NCBI GenBank assembly: GCA_964247055.1
Contig: OZ176058.1
Location: 1,054,001 to 1,118,000, forward strand
Reading direction: 5' to 3'
DNA from: Paragordius varius
Taxonomy: Eukaryota > Animalia > Nematomorpha
Length of the DNA: 64,000 nt
The notes beneath the pieces were generated by a model. That model had not been told where the DNA came from. It saw only the letters and a list, made by a program, of their open reading frames with translations, and searched no databases. Position numbers and translations under genes: made by a program. Positions within the stretch are counted from its first letter, which is position 1. Each line of letters starts with the position of its first letter. Below, piece by piece: positions 54,101 through 62,815 of the stretch.

Positions 54101-55889
54101 AATAATTATTTTTCCATTTTTAATTAGGATTTTTTATTTTACAAAACTTTTAATAAATCAAAAAACCAAAATAATATTATAATAAAATATTTTAAATCAA
54201 CAAAAAAATATATTTTTTAAAAAATTATTAAATTTAATTTTTAACTAAAATTACCTATTACGATATATCACTCCACGATTAGAATATGATGTATTGTTAT
54301 TTCGATAAATTCTTAACAAATTTCATAAGAAGTAAATTTAAAATTTTTTAATAAAAAAACTTAAAATATTAAAACTCAAATTAAATAGTATTTTTATATT
54401 AATACCCGTATTATTGTAAGTCAATTATATTGGAATAAAACCATTTTTAATAAACATTTTCAAAAAAATAAACATTTTTCCATTTTTAATTGAGATTTTT
54501 ATTTTTAAAACACTTAAACGCTTTTTTATCTTAAACTTTTTAATAATAATATAATATATGGAAAACAAAAAACTAAAATTTTTTAAAAATTAATAAATAA
54601 AATTTAATTTTTTAATAAAATTACCTATTATGATAAGACGCTCCACGATTAGAATATGATGTATTATAATTTCGATAATTTTGCCCACCAGAATTGCTAT
54701 TATTGTAATAACCGCCGCCACCGCCACCCATCAAATTTCCACCGAGATGGCGCATATTATTAGGAAATCTAAAATTTAAATTTTATTATAGGTAAAAAAA
54801 TTTAAAAAGGTAAAAATTGAAATATTTAAAAAATATAAATAAAATTTTAAAAGAAAAGACAAATATTTTTAAATTTGAAAATATATATATTTTATTATAA
54901 TTAACCCTAAATTTCGTATATATACTAAATTAAATAAATTAAAAAATAATGCTGAAATAATAACAAAATATGCGCCATAAAGATATATTTTAGATGATAA
55001 GATTAATTAGCTGCCCAAAAACACATAAATTATTTTAGGGTGAATTTAAATTCATGGATTAATATTAATTAAAAATGGTATACATTGTTTAAAACCCTAT
55101 TTGTCTAATTTTTCCAAGTAACCTATATAAAATAACATTTTTAATTATTGTCAGTATTACGGTGAAAAATTCATAAAAGACATGCAAAAAAACGTTAAAA
55201 TTACTTATTACTTAATAAAAACGTTATTTTTTTCCCTGAACTAACTTTGTATTATAAACTCAAATTTACCCTTTAACAATTCGAATTCACCCTTGAACAA
55301 TTCAAATTCACCATTGAATAATTCGAATTACCCTAAAAGTAAATTATGTGTTTTCGAACTAATAAAACTCATCATTAATATTCAATGTATCTTTATGACA
55401 GCGCATAGTTTATTATTTTATCAGTATTTTTAAATAAAAAATTTTTTTTGAAATAAAAGAAAAAATATAGGTAATTTTTAATCTTAAAAAAACTAATATA
55501 TTTTCGAGGGTGAATTTAAATTGTTCAAGGATTAATTTGGATTGTTCAGGGGTGCGTATAGTTTTATTACAAAAAACATATTTTTATAATATAAAGACAA
55601 CCTAACTTTTTTAAAAATCTTAACCATACTTTTTTAAAAAACTTAAAATTTTCTTAGTTTTAAGAGTAAAATTAATTTTATAAAAATAAACAATAATTAA
55701 ATACATATATTTTTTTATAAATCATAAATAATTTTAATTTTAACTAAAAGCAAAACCTATTGCTATTAAAAGATCCAGGCTGCTTGTTTCCATGGTAACG
55801 ATCAGCACCTGAAGACGTTGCCATGGCAACCGAGTGTTGGTTACCATAGTAACCATAAAATGGTTGTTTAACAGCTGATGTAGTATTAA

Positions 55890-55920
<31 letters not shown>

Positions 55921-58900
55921 TCCTGGATAATGCTGTCCAGCAAAATTTGAAACTCTAAAATAAATCAAAATATTTAAATATTTTATTAAAATGGTAAAAA
56001 ATAAAATAATTATTGGTTAAATATCAAATTTATTATTTATTGTTAAAATGGAAATAAATTGAAATATTTCAAATTTTTTAAATAAACTAAAATATTTTAA
56101 TTAAATTTATTAAAATAAAATATTTTAATTAAAATAAAATATTTTAATTAAAATAAAATATTTTAATTGAAATATAAATACTTTAATATTATTTATTTAT
56201 AGCTTCAGTTGATATAATCATAAAATGGCATAAAATATTTAAAATAATTTTTTTTATTAAAATCAAAAAATTTAAAAAAATATTATTATTGTTAATAAAA
56301 TAAAATAGTCTAATCAATGTTTTATTAAATAAATATAATTTTTTTATTATAATGAAAAAAATATTTATAAACATATTTTTAATATTCATTTTTGTTTTAA
56401 CAATATTTAACGGAGGGATTAGTAATTGTTATATATCAAAAAAATTAAAAATCAAAATTTTTTTCATAAATATCTTAAGTATAAATTTGTAAAATGAATT
56501 ACTGTATAAATAAATATTAAAATAAAAAGATTAAAAATATTAAATAAGCAAAAAATTTAAATTTATTAAAAAATATTTCAAATTTAATATTTTAATCATA
56601 TATTCAATAAAAAATATTTAAAAAAATTTAAAGGAATTAAAATTACTGATTATATGGCGGTTTATTATAAGTAACTCCACCACCAGCTGATCCAAAACCA
56701 AATGGGGGCGCATTATTGCCCGAATGTTGATTGTAAGGATAATTACTATTGTTTGGTCCAAAATCTGTGTGAAATAAAAAACAACGAAATTAATTTAAAA
56801 TAATTTAAATTTTTTTAAAAAAATTACAATATTTAATATTTAAAATAAATAAAAAATATTAAGTATATAATTTAAAATATATTTAGTAAATTGTAGATAT
56901 GAAATATATAACATTTACAATTTAAATAAACCTTTAAACAATTCAAATTTACACTTAAACAATTTATCACCCTCTATTAAAATATATGCCTTTTATAATT
57001 AAAAATTACCTATATTTCAGTATATTTTTAAAATATGAAAAAAATTTGTTTAAATTAAATAATACTAAAAAAATAATAAACACGCCATAAAGATATATTT
57101 CATATTAATAATGAGTTATAATTGTGCCCAAAAACACATAATTTATTTTTAGGGTGAATTTGAATTGTTCCTATATTTTTATATATATAAAAAAAATTGT
57201 TTTATAATTTAATATAATACTGAAAAAAATAATAAACTATGCGCCGCCATAAAAATATATAAATCATATTTATAATGAATTATATTTATTTTTAGGGTAA
57301 ATTTGAAATGTTCAGGGGTTAAATTAATGGTATCAATATACCATTTACAATATAAATTCGCCCTCTAACAATTCAAATTTACCCTAAAAATAAATTATGT
57401 GTTTTTGGGTTAAGGGGCATTATTTTGCTCTCTACAATATGATTGTTGTCTTTGAGTTATAGTAATTATTATTGAAAATTATTTTTCAAAAGATTTAGAT
57501 TTATTTTGAAATTTTAATAATTTTTAATAAAAATATTACAATTATTAAAAAAAAAATCATTAAAAAAAACACACAAAAAGTATCAAAATAAATTATTTAT
57601 TTAAATATTTATAAAAACTCATATTATAAGGGGCATTATTTTGCCCTCTATAATAGGGTTGTTGTTGTGAAAAATAATATAATTATTAAAAATATTATAA
57701 TTATTAAAAAAAATTAATTTATTTAAAATTTAAAAAAATATTTTAAACAAATTTCATAAAAAAAACTTTTTATAAAAAAATTATGATATATAATATTTAA
57801 TATAATTATTATTTGTTAAAAAAATTATAATTAATATACTAATTTATAATAATTAAATAAAAAATTAAATACATATAAATTTAAATTTTCAATTATGTAA
57901 TTAAAAAAATTTTAATTTATTAAAAATTTAATTTTAAACTTGTATTATAAGGGGTATTATTTTGCCCTCTATAATAGGGTTGCTGGTGTTGCGGTTGCGC
58001 GTAATTATTATAATTATTTTGGGGCCCGAAATTTCCCGAATTGCCTCCTGGGCCAAAACCACCTGTTTTTTTATAAAATATAATAAAAAATATTAAATTT
58101 ATAAAAAAATAAAAAATATTAAATTTCATCTTAATTCGCAAATAAGCTGCCCCTAAATATACCATTTACAATTCAAATTCACCCTTCAACAATTTAAATT
58201 GACCCTAATAATAAATTTGGAAATTTTGATCTAATATAACTTAACATTAAAATTAAATATATTTTTATGGCAAAGTTTATTATATTTTTTCAGTATTATT
58301 TTGATTACCTACAAAATTTCTTTTTTTTGAAAATATAAAAAAATATAGGTGATAATAAATCTTAAAAAACACATTACAAGTTATTTTATGTTGAATTTAA
58401 TCAAAGATGAATTTAAATCGTTTATAGGTGAATTTGAACTGTAAATGGTATATTTAAAATTATCATATATTTCTGAAACAGCTGATTTTTATAATTTATA
58501 AATCATATTATAAGAAATACGATTGTGAAATAAATTAGATTGGTACCATATTAAAGGTTTCAATTATACCAAAATAGTCGAATCTTAATAAAATATTATT
58601 ATATAATTAATCAGCTGTTTTAGAATTCTCTAAATATTAAATTTTTACAATAAATCAGATGTTCTTTAATTAAAATAAGTATATATACGATTGTGAAATA
58701 AATTATAATTTTATTCATAAAAAAAATCCATTATTATATATTTATGCATAAACAGCTAATTTTGTAACTAAATAAAACTTTTTAAACAAAAAAATCAGCT
58801 GTTTTTGACATAAAAAATCAACTATTACGATTGTGAGATAAATTATATTTTTGCCACATTTATGGTTTTATTAATAAAAAAAACTATTTATTATATAAAT

Positions 58901-59969
58901 TTATTATTAAAGAGGCTGATTTTTTAACAAAATTTATAATAAAATATCAGCTGTTCTCCAATATTAAAACAAATATTACGATTGTGAGATAAATTGGATT
59001 GTTGCATCATTGCACTCCCAATCGGGCCAAAAGGCGGGTGATTGGCGGCGTTTCCATAGTAACCACCAACAGCTGAGTTGTTTCCATGGTAGCGACGCGC
59101 TTGTTGTTGATTAAATGCGCCCCCGCCAAAGGCACCTACACATATGGCAAATTAAATGATTATGTTAAAAGAAGTTTTTATGAAAAAAATGGTTAATATA
59201 AATGGTAAAAACGTGTCCATATATAATTTTTAAAAAATAAATATTTTTCGAATTCTCGGTATAACCTTCAAGAATTTAAAAAATTAAAAATATATTTATG
59301 AAATATGATTTAAAATTAATATTTATGTGATTATCTGGATGGTCTCAATAATAAAAAATTAAAATGGAAATATTAAGCGTTTAATATATAACCATCCAAT
59401 AATATATTGAATATATTAAGCGTTCAAATGCTATAAATTAAAAAAAAATAAAAAATAAAAATAGAAAAATTTATGCAATGATTCATCATTAATAGAAAAT
59501 TGAGACATTTAATTATATATAATAAAATATAAATACTAATATTAAATATATATATATAATAACTAAGTTAAACCCTAAAAACCTATAAAAAAATAATTTT
59601 TTTTTTACATTTTAAAAACAATATTTTATAAAAATATATATATATATATAGGGCAATATTTACCCCCAAAAGCTTTGACATGGGGCGTCACTTGAGTTCC
59701 TTGGTCTATTTGAGGTGAACTTTTACGGCTTGCTACAATATATATATACCATTTAAAATTCCAATGAACAATTCAACTACACCCTAAAAATAAAATGTGT
59801 TTTGTGAGTGTTAAAACCTTTATTTTTTTATATTTTTGAAAAATGAAATTTTGTTTAAAATTATTAAAATAATATTGAAATAATAATAAACTATGCCATA
59901 AGAATAAATTCATATTAATGATGAGCTATATTGGTTCAAAAATACAATTTATTTTTAGGGTGAATTTGA

Positions 59970-60022
<53 letters not shown>

Positions 60023-62446
60023 ATAGTATATTCAAAAATACATATATTTATAATTCAAAAAATAAATAATTTTTTAATAAAATAAAAACATAAAAAATTG
60101 GTATTTCTTTTTAAAAGTATATAGCAAATAAAATATAATTTAATTTCATAAAATTAGAATAAAAACAAGTTATAAATAATTTTTTATAAAAATATTTATA
60201 TAAAAAATATTAAATTTAAATATATGATTATTGTATTTTAAAATATTAAACAACCTTGATCCGAATAAATGGAGTTTTCTCCACCTGGAATAAAAGTCGT
60301 CTGCTGCTGCTGCGGTTGCCATTGGAAACCAAGTGAGGCAGACGATTGCTGTTTTTCATCTTTTTCAACCTTTCAAAAATTTAAAAAATAATAAATAATG
60401 TTTTTATAAAAACTTTAAAATATTCTAAAACCATCATATAAAAAAGGTAATTAATAAAATCATGAAAATTCATTTGTAAAACAAAATAACCAAGATTAAT
60501 ATAAAATAAAAATATTATAAAATATTTTAAAGAAAAAAAAAGGGATTTAAATTACAATAAAAGAGAAATAAAATTACTTTCAAACATATTGTTCTTAATA
60601 ATTAAAAAAAATTTATATGCCTTTAAAATTGAAATATTTACGCTAAAAAAACTTTAAAACCAACCAAATATTTTAATCATATACCCCTAAAATTCTGTAA
60701 ATAATCAAAAATTCTACTTTTTTAAACATAAAAAAATTCAGAAAACTTATAAAACTAATTTATGCAACCGTTAAATATCTTAAATTTTAGTTGTAATATC
60801 AGAATTGAAAACTCAAATCTATTTAATATATGTAATTAAAAATATTAAAATATCAGTTCTAAAATTTTATAAAACGCCCATTTGATATTCAAAAAAGGTC
60901 TAAAAATCTCAAAATTTTCAAAAGAACCCCAAATCCTTTAATATCTAGATTTCCAAGTAAAGCGCCAAAACTGAACTCCTGTTATAAAATCTAAAATTTT
61001 ACTCGAAATTTACTAAATTCTCCATAACTTTTTGATTAAAATCAAAAAACTTAATAATTTTCTATAATCTCTAGCTCAAACTATAATAAATGCAAATTTT
61101 TGATATTTTATAAAAAATAAACCTGAATCAATGTTAAATGTTAACAAAATTTATAAACACCCAAAAGTCAACTAACACCTCAAAAAAATTAAAAGTCTAG
61201 ATTAACAAAACCCAAATATAACTTTTATAAACTCTATGAACCATGAAAATACTACTCAAAATCTAAACTTTCAATTAAAACTGAAAAACTTTCAAATATA
61301 TACCATTTAAAGTTCAAATTCACCCTTGAACAATTCAAATTTATCCTCAAACAATTCAAATTCACCCTTGAACAATTCAAATTCACCCTTGAACAATTCA
61401 AATTCACCTTTGAACAATTCAAATTCACCCTAAAAATAAATTATGTGTTTTCGAACTAATATAATTCATTATTAATATGAAATCTATGTTTATGGTATAG
61501 TTTATAATTTTTTCAGTATTATTTTAATTCAAAACAAAATTATTATTTTTGAAAAATATATAAAATAAAAAAATTTTTTAATCTTAAAAAACATATGAAT
61601 TGGAATTGTTCGAGGGTGAATTTGAATTGTTCAAGGGTGAATTTGAATTGTTTAAGGGTGAAATTGAATTGTAAATGGTATATAACTTTAAAGCTCTAAC
61701 AATATCAAAAAATCTTTTAATTAAAATACAAATCATTTCCAAAACTATTTTAGCAAATCTTTTTCAAATCTCTTAAATCCAAAAATCTTACATCAATGAT
61801 AGCCGGATCCACCATAAGTTCTGGATCAGCTGGTAAGATATTTCTAATTTATTACCCGTAGCTCCATTTAGGGCGAATTGGGGTCACCTCCGTTAGCTCA
61901 AAAAATATCTTTAATGTCAAAATAAACCTTAAAAAATTGAAATCTTACAAATTCAAACCACAAAAACTTTCCAAAATTTTCGAAATTTATCCTTAAACTC
62001 ATAAATTAAATTAAAACTAAGTAAAATTTCCACAAATCTCTAATGCAAAATTTAATCAATCCTTTCTCCAAAATTTCTTAAAACTAATCAAAATCTTCAT
62101 AACTTTCAAATATAACATCAAATCTCTAAAAATCTCCAAAAAATCTCTCAATTAAACCACAAATCAAAAATTCCTAAAACTATATTAGTAAATCTTTTCC
62201 AAATATATTCCGAAAATCTTAAAAATCTTACATCAATGATAGCCGGATCAACCATAAGTTCTGGATCAGCTGGTGGCACTTTTCTAACGGTGGACGCATT
62301 TAGGGATGATTGAGGCCCGCTGGTTTCTTCACACATAAAAATATCCTTTATATCATTCCCCTTGAACGTTATACATTTGTAAGTTTTATTCATGGTTGGG
62401 GGTATGGGCGTAGGAGCTGGTCTTGACTCAGTTCCAAACATTTTAA
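43051..62446 (-). CDS. LSM14: LSM14/RAP55/Trailer-hitch/CAR-1 family mRNA-processing-body protein; 13 exons, 5'-incomplete
   Basis: join of 62232-62446, 60255-60369, 59664-59732, 58980-59135, 57940-58062, 56647-56764, 55757-55954, 54625-54768, 52632-52837, 50414-50545, 46523-46777, 43779-43880, 43051-43202: all GT-AG, phases chain without a stop (1985 nt). LSm14 domain (FGTESRP...ITFKGNDIKDI...DPAII), SRKSSP.IDQGTQ motif, FDF box (EDFDFEASNQAFDKE), FFD-type box (YDSKLSFWDTISC), RGG tail. The first ~40 aa are not in the window. Confidence 0.92.
43393..43655. mobile_element. MITE family 2 copy in last LSM14 intron
   Basis: TA-CCATTTAC...GTAAATGG-TA. Confidence 0.8.
43779..43880 (-). CDS. LSM14: LSM14 penultimate exon (phase 1-1)
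   Basis: RGNGGQNYRGNYFGSARYTNSSTTFGSNRNYNPN; ttctag| and |gtaaga. Confidence 0.8.
44820..46375 (-). repeat. Tandem array (~5 copies) of the 3' half + donor of exon 46523-46777
   Basis: Donor copies at ~46238, 45959, 45750, ~45422 (degenerate) and 44825; divergence rises with distance from the exon. Confidence 0.9.
44868..45089. mobile_element. MITE family 2 copy inserted into a half-exon duplicate
   Basis: Termini intact; flanks rejoin to TTGTTGGTTATAT-TCACCAC, a copy of exon 46523-46777. Confidence 0.8.
46523..46777 (-). CDS. LSM14: LSM14 exon with FFD-type box and RGG (phase 1-1)
   Basis: DDGGDSGVCCYDSKLSFWDTISCQTNLDKQRDLFAKLQISADVHGDSETSAHGGGGGAFRRGNMRGRGGGGGYNQQYRSNYSNNY. Confidence 0.9.
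47060..48330 (-). repeat. Tandem array (6 copies) of the acceptor + 5' part of exon 46523-46777
   Basis: ATGATGGGGGTGATAGT-type copies near 47113, 47335, 47599, 47808, 48021 and 48315. Confidence 0.9.
48500..50200 (-). repeat. Tandem array (7 copies) of the 3' half + donor of exon 50414-50545
   Basis: GAAAAAGATAAAG|gttag(t)-type copies at ~48512, 48725, 48964, 49223, 49560, 49905 and 50095. Confidence 0.92.
50414..50545 (-). CDS. LSM14: LSM14 exon, acidic linker (phase 1-1)
   Basis: GDLEKTSNLLHSGGDDEIDNKNDNSGGKNSTANIGHETEEEKDK. Confidence 0.85.
50620..50875. mobile_element. MITE family 2 copy (intronic)
   Basis: Termini and 21-bp units. Confidence 0.8.
51240..52540 (-). repeat. Tandem array (5 copies, ~315-bp period) of the 3' part + donor of the FDF exon
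   Basis: Near-identical GCCTTTGACAAAGAGGCCGCGGCCCGTGAG...AAAAAAG|gt copies with donors at 51247, 51567, 51889, 52198 and 52500 (partial). Confidence 0.93.
52632..52837 (-). CDS. LSM14: LSM14 exon with FDF box (phase 2-1)
   Basis: GGYHSNRYQNNQNNTNNSATATVQFGDVPPPSEDFDFEASNQAFDKEAAAREFSERFKKLMMSKTEKK. Confidence 0.9.
52990..53775 (-). repeat. Tandem array (4 copies) of the acceptor + 5' part of the FDF exon
   Basis: ag|G.G.GGATATCATTCAAAT-type copies with acceptors at ~53049, 53325 and 53543, plus a degenerate copy ~53715-53770. Confidence 0.85.
53830..54425 (-). repeat. Tandem array (3-4 copies) of the 3' part + donor of exon 54625-54768
   Basis: ...TAATAG|gtaa-type copies at ~54253, 54033, 53838 and ~54405. 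Confidence 0.8.
54625..54768 (-). CDS. LSM14: LSM14 exon, G/N/Y-rich (phase 2-2)
   Basis: FPNNMRHLGGNLMGGGGGGYYNNSNSGGQNYRNYNTSYSNRGASYHNR. Confidence 0.82.
55255..55555. mobile_element. MITE family 2 copy lacking outer termini (intronic)
   Basis: 21-bp units and conserved core. Confidence 0.7.
55757..55954 (-). CDS. LSM14: LSM14 exon with poly-Asn (phase 2-2)
   Basis: VSNFAGQHYPG(N)10VNTTSAVKQPFYGYYGNQHSVAMATSSGADRYHGNKQPGSFNSNR. Confidence 0.82.
55786..55853. promoter_or_regulatory. Three exonic RFX X-box-like palindromes
   Basis: GTTTCCATGGTAAC 55786-55799; GTTGCCATGGCAAC 55817-55830 (perfect palindrome); GTTACCATAGTAAC 55840-55853. Motif match only. Confidence 0.5.
56647..56764 (-). 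CDS. LSM14: LSM14 exon, low-complexity (phase 1-2)
   Basis: NFGPNNSNYPYNQHSGNNAPPFGFGSAGGGVTYNKPPYNQ. Confidence 0.8.
57405..57675 (-). repeat. Two copies of the 3' part of exon 57940-58062
   Basis: AAGGGGCATTATTTTGC(C/T)CTCTA at ~57412 and ~57628. Confidence 0.8.
57940..58062 (-). CDS. LSM14: LSM14 exon, low-complexity (phase 1-1)
   Basis: RGFGPGGNSGNFGPQNNYNNYAQPQHQQPYYRGQNNTPYNT. Confidence 0.8.
58162..58448. mobile_element. MITE family 2 copy (intronic)
   Basis: TA-CCATTTAC...GTAAATGG-TA. Confidence 0.8.
58470..58960 (-). repeat. Tandem array (3 copies) of the 3' end + donor of exon 58980-59135
   Basis: AATTTAT(C/T)TCACAATC|gta copies at 58519, 58687 and 58827. Confidence 0.85.
58980..59135 (-). 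CDS. LSM14: LSM14 exon, low-complexity (phase 1-1)
   Basis: GAFGGGAFNQQQARRYHGNNSAVGGYYGNAANHPPFGPIGSAMMQQSNLSHN. Confidence 0.82.
59050..59093. promoter_or_regulatory. Two exonic X-box-like motifs
   Basis: GTTTCCATAGTAAC 59050-59063; GTTTCCATGGTAGC 59080-59093. Motif match only. Confidence 0.42.
59664..59732 (-). CDS. LSM14: LSM14 exon (phase 1-1)
   Basis: ASRKSSPQIDQGTQVTPHVKAFG, resembling the LSM14 RKSPTMEQAVQT motif; tgtag| and |gtaaat. Confidence 0.82.
59749..59975. mobile_element. MITE family 2 copy ending in (TA)n
   Basis: Left terminus and core; right end runs into a microsatellite. Confidence 0.7.
60255..60369 (-). CDS. LSM14: LSM14 exon (phase 0-1)
   Basis: VEKDEKQQSSASLGFQWQPQQQQTTFIPGGENSIYSDQ; gaaag| and |gttgtt. 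Confidence 0.78.
60315..60329. promoter_or_regulatory. Exonic X-box-like motif with 3-nt spacer
   Basis: GTTGCC-ATT-GGAAAC. Motif match only. Confidence 0.38.
60928..60978 (-). CDS. Possible 51-nt in-frame cassette exon (EFSFGALLGNLDIKGFG)
   Basis: ataacag|...GGG|gttctt, phase 0-0 between two phase-0 junctions, no stop; weak donor. Confidence 0.3.
61303..61678. mobile_element. MITE family 2 (TA-CCATTTAC...GTAAATGG-TA; 21-bp subterminal repeats AATTCAAATTCACCCTTGAAC), representative
   Basis: Inverted termini, 5 left and 3 right 21-bp units, TA flanks. Confidence 0.85.
61780..61930 (-). pseudogene. Degenerate copy of the 3' half + donor of the LSm exon
   Basis: CCAGCTGATCCAGAACTTATGGTGGATCCGGCTATCATTGAT|gtaag almost identical; stops upstream. 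Confidence 0.85.
62232..62446 (-). CDS. LSM14: LSM14 exon, LSm domain C-terminal part (phase 1-0)
   Basis: tttag|TTAAAATG; VKMFGTESRPAPTPIPPTMNKTYKCITFKGNDIKDIFMCEE...DPELMVDPAIID|gtaag. Confidence 0.92.
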
Positions 62447-62679
62447 CTAAACAAGCATATGATATGAATCAGGTGATTAGTGAATGAATGATAAAAAGTA
62501 TATATAAGTTGATATGTCCAGTAAAATACAACACTATATTTATAAAATTAAAAACAATAAGACTCTTCCAAACATATGGTACAAGTCAGCTGATATATAT
62601 GATTATGGTAAATTTAATATTTAAAACACATTTTATTATTTAGAAAACATATATGGTGAAAAGCAAAGAAAATATAAAA

Positions 62680-62815
62680 GGGCATTTAAATAATTTTTTC
62701 ACGGTTTGGAGTATAGATGGAGGAACTGGTCTCGCCTCCGTTCTAAACATTTTAACTACACAAACATATGATAAGTATCAGGTGATTAACGAATGAATGA
62801 TTAAGATTTGAAATA
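62680..62815 (-). pseudogene. Degenerate copy of the acceptor + 5' part of the LSm exon
   Basis: tgtag|TTAAAATGTTTAGAACGGAGGCGAGACCAG (VKMFRTEARP vs VKMFGTESRP) with the duplicated intron flank GGTGATTA..GAATGAATGA. Confidence 0.8.

Noticed and set aside
61303-61440. Regular 21-bp repeats resembling a CRISPR array
   Set aside because: Head-to-tail with no unique spacers, inside a eukaryotic MITE, no cas genes.
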